NCBI GenBank assembly: GCA_020441045.1
Contig: JAGRMV010000002.1
Span: 1-35,262 of the forward strand
DNA length: 35,262 bases
Reading direction: 5' to 3'
Source: Deltaproteobacteria bacterium
Lineage (GTDB): Bacteria > Bdellovibrionota_G > JALEGL01 > JAGRMV01
The notes under the pieces were generated by a model, which worked only from the letters and a program-made list of their open reading frames with translations, made no database searches and had not been told where the DNA came from. Each line of letters starts with the position of its first letter. Positions within the stretch are counted from its first letter, which is position 1. The position numbers were made by a program, and so were the translations under genes. Shown in pieces: positions 8,405 to 17,774 of this stretch.

Positions 8405-10087
8405 CTACATTACAATATCCAATATTTGACGGGTTTTCTGGCCGACCCAATAGTCAGCCATCGCGCCAACATCGACAGCCACTGCGCCTTGGGTTTTTGA
8501 TACATGTAAAAAATATTTGCCTGCATACCCCGCTGCTACAAGGACCAATGTACCAGGCCCAGCTTGCGCCTGCAGGGAATCTATATAACCATTCAAATGA
8601 TAAGGCAATGACATATTTTTCTTACGTTCGCCAGGAATGGTCAAACAATGCAAATTTTCATGCTTGAGAACAGCACGCAAGGATGATTCGTCGTGTCGAC
8701 TTATCACGATCACCTTTGGACTAACCGCAATCAAACGCGCGATGGTAGTTTGATCAAACAAAACCTGATTACAACGATGCTCAACAAATACCGCACCTTG
8801 AGAAATCTGCCCTTCAGATAATTCCTTGGCCAGCCGATCCAGAATAACCAGCGAGCCTCTTGAATCCAAAGAATCCAAAAAATTAGAGTTAATATAAGTC
8901 ATATCGCGAAAAAAACGGTACATACTAGGAATACCAATCACATCGGCATGCCTGACTGTCGTTAAAAACTGATCGACAACTTTATCCTTTATGGCAGGCT
9001 CCAAAAGTCCACCCCACCACTTATTTTCGCGAATCTGCCAATCTTCTAGGTTACTGTCTTGCTTGACCCAATGACTTTCTAGTCCATAAGATTCGCCATC
9101 GCCGAGTCGAATCAGCGAAAGTGGTTTTTGATCAAGTAAAGCTTGGTGAATCATATTGTAGACAACTTCGCGTTCATTTTTATCTATGCGAATATCTAAA
9201 TACATTTGATGGTCTTGCCCCAGCTTTTCAAAAATCTCAAAAGCGTGTTGAAAAATTTTTTCTGAGTGTTGACCTGCGCCAATAGACATCGCCATTTCAT
9301 AGCCTTGCTTCCACAAGGCCGTGCTATTTTTATGATCAAGTCGATTTTCGAGCATCATTTCAACTTCATAAAACACTTCAAAACAGCGAATTTGCGTAAG
9401 CTTTCTAATTTTTTCATCACGGATTTGACCCAAGAAATAGGTTTTAAAATCTTTTGCACTATCGTGGGCGTTGTCCTTGATACAAAGCTTAAGAATGCCA
9501 ATAACAAGATTGATATCTCTTTTGTGAATTCCATGCTTAGAAATTTTTTGTTTAAAGTAAAGCAAAGTATCTTCTAAGTCTGTTTCCTTGATGCTGGTTT
9601 TGATCAATTCATTGAGAATTTTTTCGTGCATGGCATGATTTTCTAATCCTGCCTTTTTTTCCAAATCTTTCCATTGATCCAAAAAGGAAGTCGCATCAAA
9701 AAACTGGTTAGACAGTAGCCGATAGTACTGCTCGTAGATGGCATCACCATGCTGTAATTTATCAAGAAAGAAGTTTAGTTGTGGACGGTTACGTGATTTA
9801 TAGGCGCGGTTGACAATTTTGCGCTGCATGTTGATTTGATTAGCACGGTACCCCAAGTGTTTTGGTAATAAAAAATGTAACATCGAAAAAACCGACTCAC
9901 GTGCCACTGGATCATGCAAAAAATTCTCTTCTTTGAGCAGTTCACGTAGAAAAAGTTCTTTATGGGTTTTAGATCGGAATAAATAATCTAAATGTTCAAA
10001 GCCAGGTAAATATTTTTCCATGTGATTTTCATAATCAAGAAACTGCCGAAAGAAAAAATTTGGAAAAATGCGAATAAGTTTTTTCAT
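8405..10087 (-). CDS. Uncharacterised two-domain protein, paralogue B (helical N-domain plus putative GT-D-like C-domain)
   Basis: 560 aa with blocks 'YLDIRID', 'LIRLGDGESYGL', 'RENKWWG', 'DVIGIPS', 'SRGS', 'EHRCNQVLF', 'IPGERKK', 'LVLVAAGYAGKYFL' and 'AVDVGAMADYWVGQKTR'. ATG is at 10087. Confidence 0.6.
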   Translation of the reverse strand: MKKLIRIFPNFFFRQFLDYENHMEKYLPGFEHLDYLFRSKTHKELFLRELLKEENFLHDPVARESVFSMLHFLLPKHLGYRANQINMQRKIVNRAYKSRNRPQLNFFLDKLQHGDAIYEQYYRLLSNQFFDATSFLDQWKDLEKKAGLENHAMHEKILNELIKTSIKETDLEDTLLYFKQKISKHGIHKRDINLVIGILKLCIKDNAHDSAKDFKTYFLGQIRDEKIRKLTQIRCFEVFYEVEMMLENRLDHKNSTALWKQGYEMAMSIGAGQHSEKIFQHAFEIFEKLGQDHQMYLDIRIDKNEREVVYNMIHQALLDQKPLSLIRLGDGESYGLESHWVKQDSNLEDWQIRENKWWGGLLEPAIKDKVVDQFLTTVRHADVIGIPSMYRFFRDMTYINSNFLDSLDSRGSLVILDRLAKELSEGQISQGAVFVEHRCNQVLFDQTTIARLIAVSPKVIVISRHDESSLRAVLKHENLHCLTIPGERKKNMSLPYHLNGYIDSLQAQAGPGTLVLVAAGYAGKYFLHVSKTQGAVAVDVGAMADYWVGQKTRQILDIVM

Positions 10088-10260
10088 TGTATTTTGTATG
10101 CAAAAGTTTTTACAGGCAAGTCCACAAAAACATCACCTTCCAAGACGACACCAGTCTTGGTATATAGCAGTAGCTATACAACATATAAAAATGACATGCA
10201 CGCATATTCAAAACATGCCACATAAAGTCAATTGCTGTTAAAATCAGCTATTTCCTCGTA

Positions 10261-11697
10261 TCAAACAAAGTCAGCAATTTGCCTGGTATGATGCCCGAGC
10301 CAATGATCGACCATAGACCCTACATCTAGGGCGACACAACCAGCACTTTTTGCTGCTGCAAGAAATCCTTTCCCTGCAAAACCTGCTCCAACCAAAACCA
10401 AATCGCCTGGGCGCAGTAATGACAGCAGCGACGATGTATAATCGTCAACATGATATGGCAACGATGTGTTGCCTTGCCTTTCACCCGGAATCTGAAAAAA
10501 GGCCACTTTTTCACTTTCAAATAGTGCGGCCAGTGGCGCTTGCGCATACTTTGAAACAATGATGGTTTGGGGTGCCCATTGCATCAGTTTTTTTATTTGC
10601 GGGAGTCGAAATACCGTTTGATGACAACGATGTTCGCAGAACACCACCTGCTTGCTTATTTTTTCATGATGATAATCATCGATAAGCTGTCGATGGATGC
10701 TTTTTAATCCTCTTTGGGAAACAGATTCAATACGATTGAAGGTAAGATAGTCTTTTAAATTCATCCCGAGGTAATCTCGATAAAAACGATAACAACTTGG
10801 TATACCTAAGCAATCTGCTTGGTAATAAGCCTGTTTAAATAACTGGCATATATGATTTCGCGTTGATGATGCTAACGGCTGCCCCCACCATTTGTTTTCG
10901 CGCACATTCATATCACCACTATGTTTATCTCCCATAAATGCATAGGACTCCCCATCTCCCAGACGCAATAACAAGTATGGTTTGCTGTTTTTGATCGCAT
11001 CAGCAATGGCACCTAAAAGCTGATCTTGTTCAGCTTGTGAAAAACGAATATCCAGTAACAAGGCTGAAGCGCGCTGCAATCGGCAGTGATCCACCTTAAC
11101 TTCATAAAGCAGGTTGCTTTTTCCATAAAGTTGTAGCTTGTCTAAAATATCAAAAGTTTCAATCCACCTGTGGCGAGTCAGTTTTTGAGAGAAAAAGGTA
11201 TCTAATTTAAAATGAATCTCTGATGTCATCAGTGAAATTTTTTTGTGTAACACAGGAGATGATATTTTTGCAAAACAGCTCTCTTTAAAGTCCCTTGCCT
11301 GTTGATAGGATTGATTCTCCATCAATAAATGTAAAATTCCGATATATTTCTGGGCATCCCGAAATTTAAAACCAAAACTTTCAATGCCTTGTAAAAACAG
11401 GACAACTGATCTTTCTGTGTTTTTTTCAACAATCAATTGTAAAACCATCTCATGATGAATGACTTTTCTCAGTTTTTTATTTGTTGTCGGTACCCTGTCG
11501 TACAGAGTTTGCCAGTCGAGAAATGAAGGTTTATCTCCGAGCACCCTGTCAATATAATGCCGCCAAAACCAAAACTTATGTACATTATACTTTTTAAGTT
11601 TTAAGATATTTTCATCTACAGCTTGAATATTTCTTTGATGATAAAATTTTTTGATCTTCCACTCGTAGAAATTTGAAAATATTTTTTGTGCAATCAT
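10261..11697 (-). CDS. Uncharacterised two-domain protein, paralogue C (shorter helical N-domain plus putative GT-D-like C-domain)
   Basis: 478 aa with blocks 'LLDIRFS', 'LLRLGDGESYAF', 'RENKWWG', 'DCLGIPS', 'QRGL', 'EHRCHQTVF', 'IPGERQG', 'LVLVGAGFAGKGFL' and 'ALDVGSMVDHWLGHHTR'. ATG at 11697 lies 14 nt after the upstream stop. Confidence 0.6.
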   Translation of the reverse strand: MIAQKIFSNFYEWKIKKFYHQRNIQAVDENILKLKKYNVHKFWFWRHYIDRVLGDKPSFLDWQTLYDRVPTTNKKLRKVIHHEMVLQLIVEKNTERSVVLFLQGIESFGFKFRDAQKYIGILHLLMENQSYQQARDFKESCFAKISSPVLHKKISLMTSEIHFKLDTFFSQKLTRHRWIETFDILDKLQLYGKSNLLYEVKVDHCRLQRASALLLDIRFSQAEQDQLLGAIADAIKNSKPYLLLRLGDGESYAFMGDKHSGDMNVRENKWWGQPLASSTRNHICQLFKQAYYQADCLGIPSCYRFYRDYLGMNLKDYLTFNRIESVSQRGLKSIHRQLIDDYHHEKISKQVVFCEHRCHQTVFRLPQIKKLMQWAPQTIIVSKYAQAPLAALFESEKVAFFQIPGERQGNTSLPYHVDDYTSSLLSLLRPGDLVLVGAGFAGKGFLAAAKSAGCVALDVGSMVDHWLGHHTRQIADFV

Positions 11698-11711
11698 AGA
11701 TAGTGATTCTC

Positions 11712-13253
11712 TTATACCGGTAATGTTTTATCCCCAGCAACTGTATTTTTCATCACACTAATCGAAGGGCAAAGCCTTTGATCCTTACAATAGTTGAAAC
11801 GATCAATCACGAGACATTTTGCCTCAATTTTTTCTTTTACAAGCTGCGTATAGGTTAGATTTTTTACAAAAGACGATGTCATCATGGAACACGATGTGTA
11901 GAAATATTCTGCATATGTATATTCAGAAAAATGGTTTTTTTGGTAAAATCGATTGTTTTTTTCATCATAGGACCCGGGTTTTGTTACGGTATCTACCTGC
12001 GCAAAATGAAAAGCCAAAATCATATCAAGCAAGTAGTTTGCACCATAAAATGAATGTGGGTTGAAAATAGACAGAAAAAAAGCATCATGCTGCAAAAACA
12101 TTGCTTTGATCGCATCAGACCCATCTTCAAATAAAAGGGCATGCTTATGGACAACATGATCATGTTTTGCTTTTGTCACAATATATAGTTTTCTGTTACC
12201 ACAGGTTTGCTGATCAAACATTTCAACAACCTGATCTATATCGTTACTTTCTTTACAATCTGCCAGCACAACAGTAGGCACTTGCGGAGAAATATCTTGT
12301 AAAATGCCGTTTACCGCTGTGTATACAGCAGCCAATCGCTGTCCACAGGTATGATTTTTTAGTACTTTCCGAAGCCCTTGCAATGTCAACGACTGCCTTA
12401 CATCTTGATCAGAAAAAATTTGTTTGAACGAACTTTCTATTACTTTGTAATCATCTGAGCATATCATGACATCGCCAAACTCCTTTTTAATACCATCAGA
12501 ATGATTGCCTACGACAAATGTATTGGAAGCCATGAGCTCAAGTACGCGTCTGGAATACATCGTATTGGAATTTTTGACTGAATTCATATTGATGCCGAAT
12601 TGATATTTCTTATAAATATTTTTCATTTCAGAAAATGGCACGCTACCATGAACATGATTCGTATATTTCGAAGGAAACCGATATTTTCCTTTTCCGTCCA
12701 GCCTGTCATAAATATGAATATCTACATAGCGAGAAATCGCATCAAATAAAGCATCAAAATTTTCCGCCCGGATAGGATACTTATAATGTGGGTAATATGT
12801 CCCTGCAAAAAAAGCGGCTTGCTCTCTGCTACCCGTCGTCACTGGATTATGTATTTTGGGCTGACACCCAAAGGGGAGCACATATACTCTTTCATGGGCA
12901 ACAGACTTTTTATAACGGTCAATACAGTTTTCGTCGGTAAGAAAAATAAAGTCAAAAAGTTTTGAAACCCGCATAAACGTAAAAAAATGTGGCGGCACCT
13001 CTTTATGCCAGAAAACCGTTGGAATGTTATTTTGTTGGGCCCATGCAATGATCTCAATGATCTCATTTGAAATCTCTGAAATTTTTCCTTTCCAGGTATG
13101 ATCTTTTCCTTGCCATACGGATTCCACAAAAAGCAGGTCTGGTTTGACCGTTTGACATACGTCTTTCCAGTCATTTGGCGTAACCTGGATAAAATTTGCT
13201 TCATACTTAAATGTTTCAAAACTAAACGTATCCATAATGCATAAAATATTCAT
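11712..13253 (-). CDS. Putative glycosyltransferase, CgeB-like (DUF3880 / Glyco_trans_1_2-like) with an extra C-terminal domain
   Basis: The N-terminus 'MNILCIMDTFSFETF...PDLLFVESVW...IPTVFWHKE' and the central block 'YSRRVLELMASNTFVVGNHSDGIKKEFGD...LKNHTCGQR' resemble CgeB-type GT-B proteins, from memory. The preferred start is ATG 13253. The ORF-track start at 13418 adds 55 lysine-rich low-complexity residues. Confidence 0.55.
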   Translation of the reverse strand: MNILCIMDTFSFETFKYEANFIQVTPNDWKDVCQTVKPDLLFVESVWQGKDHTWKGKISEISNEIIEIIAWAQQNNIPTVFWHKEVPPHFFTFMRVSKLFDFIFLTDENCIDRYKKSVAHERVYVLPFGCQPKIHNPVTTGSREQAAFFAGTYYPHYKYPIRAENFDALFDAISRYVDIHIYDRLDGKGKYRFPSKYTNHVHGSVPFSEMKNIYKKYQFGINMNSVKNSNTMYSRRVLELMASNTFVVGNHSDGIKKEFGDVMICSDDYKVIESSFKQIFSDQDVRQSLTLQGLRKVLKNHTCGQRLAAVYTAVNGILQDISPQVPTVVLADCKESNDIDQVVEMFDQQTCGNRKLYIVTKAKHDHVVHKHALLFEDGSDAIKAMFLQHDAFFLSIFNPHSFYGANYLLDMILAFHFAQVDTVTKPGSYDEKNNRFYQKNHFSEYTYAEYFYTSCSMMTSSFVKNLTYTQLVKEKIEAKCLVIDRFNYCKDQRLCPSISVMKNTVAGDKTLPV

Positions 13254-13648
13254 TTGTTCAAAACCACACTGGATCGCTTTGGCTTTGGTGTTTTTGATCA
13301 GTGTAAAGTAAAGACGCATATTTTTTATTGTAACTTTACGAAACCATACTAACCGCTTTGCTGCATTTTTTAATCTCACCAAATGCAAAAGCACTGTATT
13401 TTTTACTTTCATCTTCATAAAATTTTAAACATAAAAATCTGTTACCATCCTCTAATGAAAATACGTAGCATAACTCAGACTTCAAATAAAAGGGTTTCTT
13501 TTGCTGGTCTGGGTAGAACTTGCAATGCTTTGAAAAAGAGATAATCCACATTCACGAAAGCAATGCCCCATGGTAGAATCAATACTGCCAATAAAGAACA
13601 GTGTCCCTTAATGCTTTGCTAAAAAATTGAACTTTGCCTGATAGCTTT

Positions 13649-15340
13649 TTAATATCTCCACAAGCCATAATCTTCTAAAACACCACATATTCTATATCCA
13701 TAGAACCCTGCAATCTTAAAGTGTCTGCCACTAGGACACTCTTTCACTAAATTCGGCATAAAATGATTTTCAGCCATCAATTCAGAAGCATAAAATAAAA
13801 AACGCTGAGCGAATCTATTGGTATCATGAATAAATTTTGCATCCGGATGTTTAATCATCATTATTTGTGCAAAATTCGTTTCTGTATATTGTTTTTTATA
13901 AACATTCCTCCCAACAATCCAACAATTGAAAAAGAGCACTCCACTAACTGCGTATATGATAATTTTTTTTATCAGCAGCTGGGTAGCTGAAAATTGATTC
14001 CGTATTGGCGCAACTATACCAAAAACAATCAAAGGGTACCACCATAGCTGTGGAACTAAGCGTGCATACCACCCCGCGCTGGTAACAAAAACAGTAGACA
14101 GCACAATCCCAATCAAAATAAAAGAAGAAGGTTTCAAGAAAAATAGAAAAAGCAAAGTCATTAACACTGCAAAGCCAAATAACGGCCCATTACCAGAGTA
14201 GCGTATTGTTCCATCTGGCCAATACTTCTGATGAACAAAAGGAACATAACCAACTGGAAGAGGTGGTTTTGAACGATCTCCCTTCGAAAAAACGGATATC
14301 ACAGTTTTGGAAAATCGATTCTTTTTCATAAAATCGGCATGCACTAACCCCTGCAAAACATCTTTTCCACCCTTCCTAATCGCCGGATAAAAAGGATTCT
14401 TTTGTACAACAGTATTTGAAACATAGGGATTAATGCCAAAAAGGAAAATTGATGCCAAAATAGCAATGGAAATAGTTTTTGCAGTTTTAATCCCCCAGGC
14501 AAGATTTCCTTCATACCAAGCAAGCAAAAACACACCAAGTAATATACATGATCCAAAAACAAGGCCCGTAAGTTTAATATTGATTGTATAGGGAATAAAT
14601 AACAATAATATAAATAACAATTTTTTGTCGGTTGTTTAATAATATAAAAGAGATGATGAAAATACGGCAGTCAAGCAGGCAACATGAGGTCCATCCAAAT
14701 ATCCTGAAAAAAACTGAAGGATTGAAGTCGGATTAAGCATCCAAAGACACGACAGCAACAAACTAGTAACAAGCGTATTCTTTAGAAATGTTCTGAAAAA
14801 AGCAAATGAAAAAAAACCTGAAACAATCACAGAGAACATATTAACAAACGAAGCAATAGTAGTTTTTGGTAAAAGAATGTACATCGTTGAAGCTACAATC
14901 CAATTTGATTTCGCATAGTGGCGTAAATATGAACGGTGGGGATGATCTTTATCACATAAGAGATCTGGAATAGCCGCACACTGATCCCAGTTGTAGACCG
15001 GGTTCCAACCTTTGGCTAGCGTGTAGATCCCCTTGAAGTGGTAGTTCCGAGAATCATAAAAAATATCAAACATCTCATTCCCCACAATATAACGCACAAC
15101 CAGGAGGAACATTAAAACAATAAAGGAGAGTAAAAGCTCTTTCCATTTTCCACCATAAAACTTTCCTACAAGAAAGTAAGCGCTACATACACCAAATATA
15201 AAATGAAACTTTGAGATTGAAATACCAAGAAAAAATCCTATCGAACTCAATGTATAGAGAACAGGTGAAAGTAGAACAATCGGTAAAAAAACAACAAAAT
15301 AATCTAAATTAGATATTTTTTTGCTTAGTTTATATATCAT
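13649..15340 (-). pseudogene. Polytopic membrane protein, candidate GT-C-type polyprenyl-phospho-arabinofuranose-dependent glycosyltransferase, interrupted by one in-frame TAA (14636-14638)
   Basis: ORFs 14636-15340 (234 aa) and 13649-14620 (323 aa) are in the same frame. The junction reads '...SSSLLYY*TTDKK(L)LFILLLF'. The downstream part has no ATG until about codon 98 and no SD before its TTG. Both halves are multi-TM. The upstream half starts immediately after the DprE2 stop with no spacer. Confidence 0.55.
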
Positions 15341-16075
15341 TTACATACTCATTCTTTTAAAAATTCTTTCTGGAATCATTTTGATGACAAACATAATCCA
15401 CCTCCAAAAAAAAGGCACGTATGCAATATCTTTTTTACTACGGATTGCGTTGTCAATGCCATGAGCGACTTTCTCTGCTGAAGTCCACAAAAACCCCTTG
15501 GGAAAGTTTTGAGTCATCGGGGTATCTACAAAACCTAGTTTCAAGTCAACCACATGAACGCCGCTATCATATAAATCATTCCTAAGTCCAGCCAAAAAAG
15601 TGGAAACAAACGCTTTCGACGCTCCATAGAAATAATTAGACTTTTTTCCTCTGTCGCCCGCAACTGAAGTGATTACAGCCAATGTAACATTTTGTAAATT
15701 TTTCAGCTTTTGAGCAACAAGCGTACAAACTGACACCGTTGCCAACGCATTAAGGTTAATATGTTTTATTGCGTATGAAATATCTTCAAAACACCTTTTT
15801 TGATCTGGTAGTGTTCCAAAAGCAACAAGAACTATATTGACTTCTTGAGAAAAAATACTCTGAATAATATTTTCATAAGACTCCGTATCTAACATATCTA
15901 ACTCATACGCACGTACACTCGAAGCACCTCTAGAACGCAAGTCACTTGCAACTTCATCAAGTTTATCTTTGTTTCTTGCTACTAGCGTCAACTTATGGCC
16001 TTCAACAGCCTTTTTACGTAGGTATGCATTTGCAATTGCAGAAGTAGCTCCAAAAACAACAATATGCTCTTCCAT
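15341..16075 (-). CDS. dprE2: Short-chain dehydrogenase, DprE2-like (polyprenylphospho-2-keto-pentofuranose 2-reductase)
   Basis: 244 aa with 'VFGATSAIANAY' (NAD(P) site) and 'YGASKAF' (YxxxK). The C-terminal 'FWRWIMFVIKMIPERIFKRM' closely parallels the M. tuberculosis Rv3791 C-terminus 'FRYVMMVLRHIPRSIFRKL', recalled from memory. A TAATG 1-nt overlap links it to the upstream dprE1-like gene. Confidence 0.85.
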   Translation of the reverse strand: MEEHIVVFGATSAIANAYLRKKAVEGHKLTLVARNKDKLDEVASDLRSRGASSVRAYELDMLDTESYENIIQSIFSQEVNIVLVAFGTLPDQKRCFEDISYAIKHINLNALATVSVCTLVAQKLKNLQNVTLAVITSVAGDRGKKSNYFYGASKAFVSTFLAGLRNDLYDSGVHVVDLKLGFVDTPMTQNFPKGFLWTSAEKVAHGIDNAIRSKKDIAYVPFFWRWIMFVIKMIPERIFKRMSM

Positions 16076-17379
16076 TACAAGCCCAATCTTTCCGACTGTA
16101 TTGAATGGAACTTTCTCCCATAAGTACTTCTCATTCTTCTAAAATTTTTCAGCCCATCTAAATACATTTTTTCAAAGTCTTCTTTAGACAAACGGACATC
16201 CTTTGTCAAATACACCCTTCCATTGTATTGCAAAGTAATTTCATCAAGTTTTTTTAGCAATGCAAATACCTTGTCTGACAACTTAAAATCCAAAGCCAAC
16301 GTATAACCCTCAATAGGAAAGCTCAAAAAGTTTTTATTTGCAGGTCCAAATCGTTTTAAAACAGCCAAAAATGAACCCATTGATGACTCTGAGATGGTTT
16401 TCAGAATTATTTCCATCCCTTCTCTTGAAGGGTCAGGCAAAACACACTGATATTGTGTAAACCCCTTTTTGCCATACATACGGTTCCATCTTGAAACTGC
16501 ATCTAAAGGAAAAAAGAAAGGATCAATATCAATTTCCTTGTAAACAATTTTGGGAAACTGTTTGTGGAAATAAAAAAAATTAAACATTTTGACAAAAAGT
16601 GTATTTAGAAACCATGTGGGCATCATGGGCATATGAATCAATTTTTTCTTTGGATGATACGATAAGTCGTTTGAAAGTTTATTATGTTCTCCTTCCATAA
16701 AAACACCTCGCCCCATTTTTTTTCCTTTTGCAAGGCAATCAATCCATGCAACCGAGTAGGTTGATTGCTTATATCTTTCAAACAGATCATAAAGTTCACT
16801 TAAATTCTTTGCTTTATGGCTACTCATAGAAATTTTTGAACTTTTAATCTGTTTTAAATCAAAAACAACTTCGTCAATGTAACCAGTCAATCCCATCCCA
16901 CCACAAGTTGCATAAAACAGCTGACTATTTTGATCTCTTGAGCATGTGATCTTTTTTCCATCAGAATCAACCAACGTTAAACTTTTTACGTGTTTTGTAA
17001 AAGTCCCTTCACTATGATGATTTTTGCCATGAATATCACAAGCTACAGCACCACCAATGGTAATATACTTTGTACCTGGCACTACTGGCAAAAAGTATCC
17101 TTTTGAGACCAAAATAGGCAACAACTCAGCAATAGAAATCCCTGCACATACTTTGATCAAATGTTCCTTTGTGTCAAAATCGAGTATAAAATCACGATGC
17201 TTAGAGTTCAAAACTGTGGAAAATAAAGCACTATCTCCATAACTTCTTCCAAAACCTCTTGAAATGAGCTTTTTTTGACTTTTAATACAATCAATCACCT
17301 CATCTGATGAGGTTGGACTATACTGAATTGCCTTTATACTTGGGTAAAGCCCCCACCCTGTAACAGTTTCTCGCATCAA
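16075..17379 (-). CDS. dprE1: FAD-dependent oxidase, DprE1-like (polyprenylphospho-ribofuranose 2'-oxidase)
   Basis: 434 aa. Motifs 'TGWGLYP', 'RGFGRSYGDSAL', 'VPGTKYITIGGAVACDIHGKNHHSEG', 'GGMGLTGYI', 'WNRMYGKKGFTQYQCVLP' and 'FGPANKNFLSFP' are collinear with Rv3790, recalled from memory. The position of the benzothiazinone-target Cys ('NICVDF' in Mtb) reads 'TLALDF' here. Its start forms an ATGA overlap with the gtrA-like stop. Confidence 0.9.
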   Translation of the reverse strand: MMRETVTGWGLYPSIKAIQYSPTSSDEVIDCIKSQKKLISRGFGRSYGDSALFSTVLNSKHRDFILDFDTKEHLIKVCAGISIAELLPILVSKGYFLPVVPGTKYITIGGAVACDIHGKNHHSEGTFTKHVKSLTLVDSDGKKITCSRDQNSQLFYATCGGMGLTGYIDEVVFDLKQIKSSKISMSSHKAKNLSELYDLFERYKQSTYSVAWIDCLAKGKKMGRGVFMEGEHNKLSNDLSYHPKKKLIHMPMMPTWFLNTLFVKMFNFFYFHKQFPKIVYKEIDIDPFFFPLDAVSRWNRMYGKKGFTQYQCVLPDPSREGMEIILKTISESSMGSFLAVLKRFGPANKNFLSFPIEGYTLALDFKLSDKVFALLKKLDEITLQYNGRVYLTKDVRLSKEDFEKMYLDGLKNFRRMRSTYGRKFHSIQSERLGL

Positions 17380-17774
17380 ACAAGCTCCTTAAACACAAAT
17401 CGTTTGTCCAAAAAATATTTCAATGTATACCCAATACATAGTCCAATTACGCCCCCGAGATAGCGCATCAATTGGTCTTGAAAAACAAGTTCAAACATCC
17501 ATTCAACACCCCAAAAAATCATTGTAGTTATCACCCCCATTGAACTATAAAGCATAAAAAGATATGAATCATGCTTCATATTTTTTGTTTGATAAAAAAA
17601 TATGTATTTTTTGTCTAGTATGTACTTCACTACAAGACCTGTTATGGTCCCAATAAATATAGATACCTGGACCGCATACAATTGATTATACACCCTCAGG
17701 CTTATATCCTGTGATCCAATATTGATTGCTATTGCAAAAAAAGAAAACAATGCATATTTTGTACCCAACTCCAT
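17376..17774 (-). CDS. GtrA-family small membrane protein (Rv3789-like)
   Basis: 132 aa with 4 hydrophobic segments and the family-typical 'KY(I/F)LDK(K/R)(Y/F)(I/V)F' motif present twice. It sits between the UbiA-like and DprE1-like genes, as in the actinobacterial DPA cluster. Confidence 0.75.
   Translation of the reverse strand: MELGTKYALFSFFAIAINIGSQDISLRVYNQLYAVQVSIFIGTITGLVVKYILDKKYIFFYQTKNMKHDSYLFMLYSSMGVITTMIFWGVEWMFELVFQDQLMRYLGGVIGLCIGYTLKYFLDKRFVFKELV

Noticed and set aside
8403-8450. ORF-track N-terminal extensions using TTG or upstream starts. They occur at 8403-8450, 13254-13418, 22286-22333, 23518-23556, 32621-32731, 5327-5338 and 26103-26120
   Set aside because: Each extension overlaps the upstream gene or adds low-complexity residues ahead of an obvious signal peptide or homology start. 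Internal ATGs give tidy stop/start junctions.
13336-13551. 71-aa minus-strand ORF in the AT-rich spacer
   Set aside because: It shows no homology-like features, has an AT-driven composition, and overlaps the dubious N-terminal extension of the GT ORF. It is treated as non-coding.
14636-14638. Idea that TAA is recoded as a sense codon or programmed read-through, explaining the in-frame stops at 14636, 26468 and 29844
   Set aside because: TAA is clearly used as a genuine terminator by many intact genes in the window, for example at 22-24, 15341-15343, 16075-16077 and 6047-6049. No recoding signals are seen. Nonsense mutation or sequencing error is more parsimonious.
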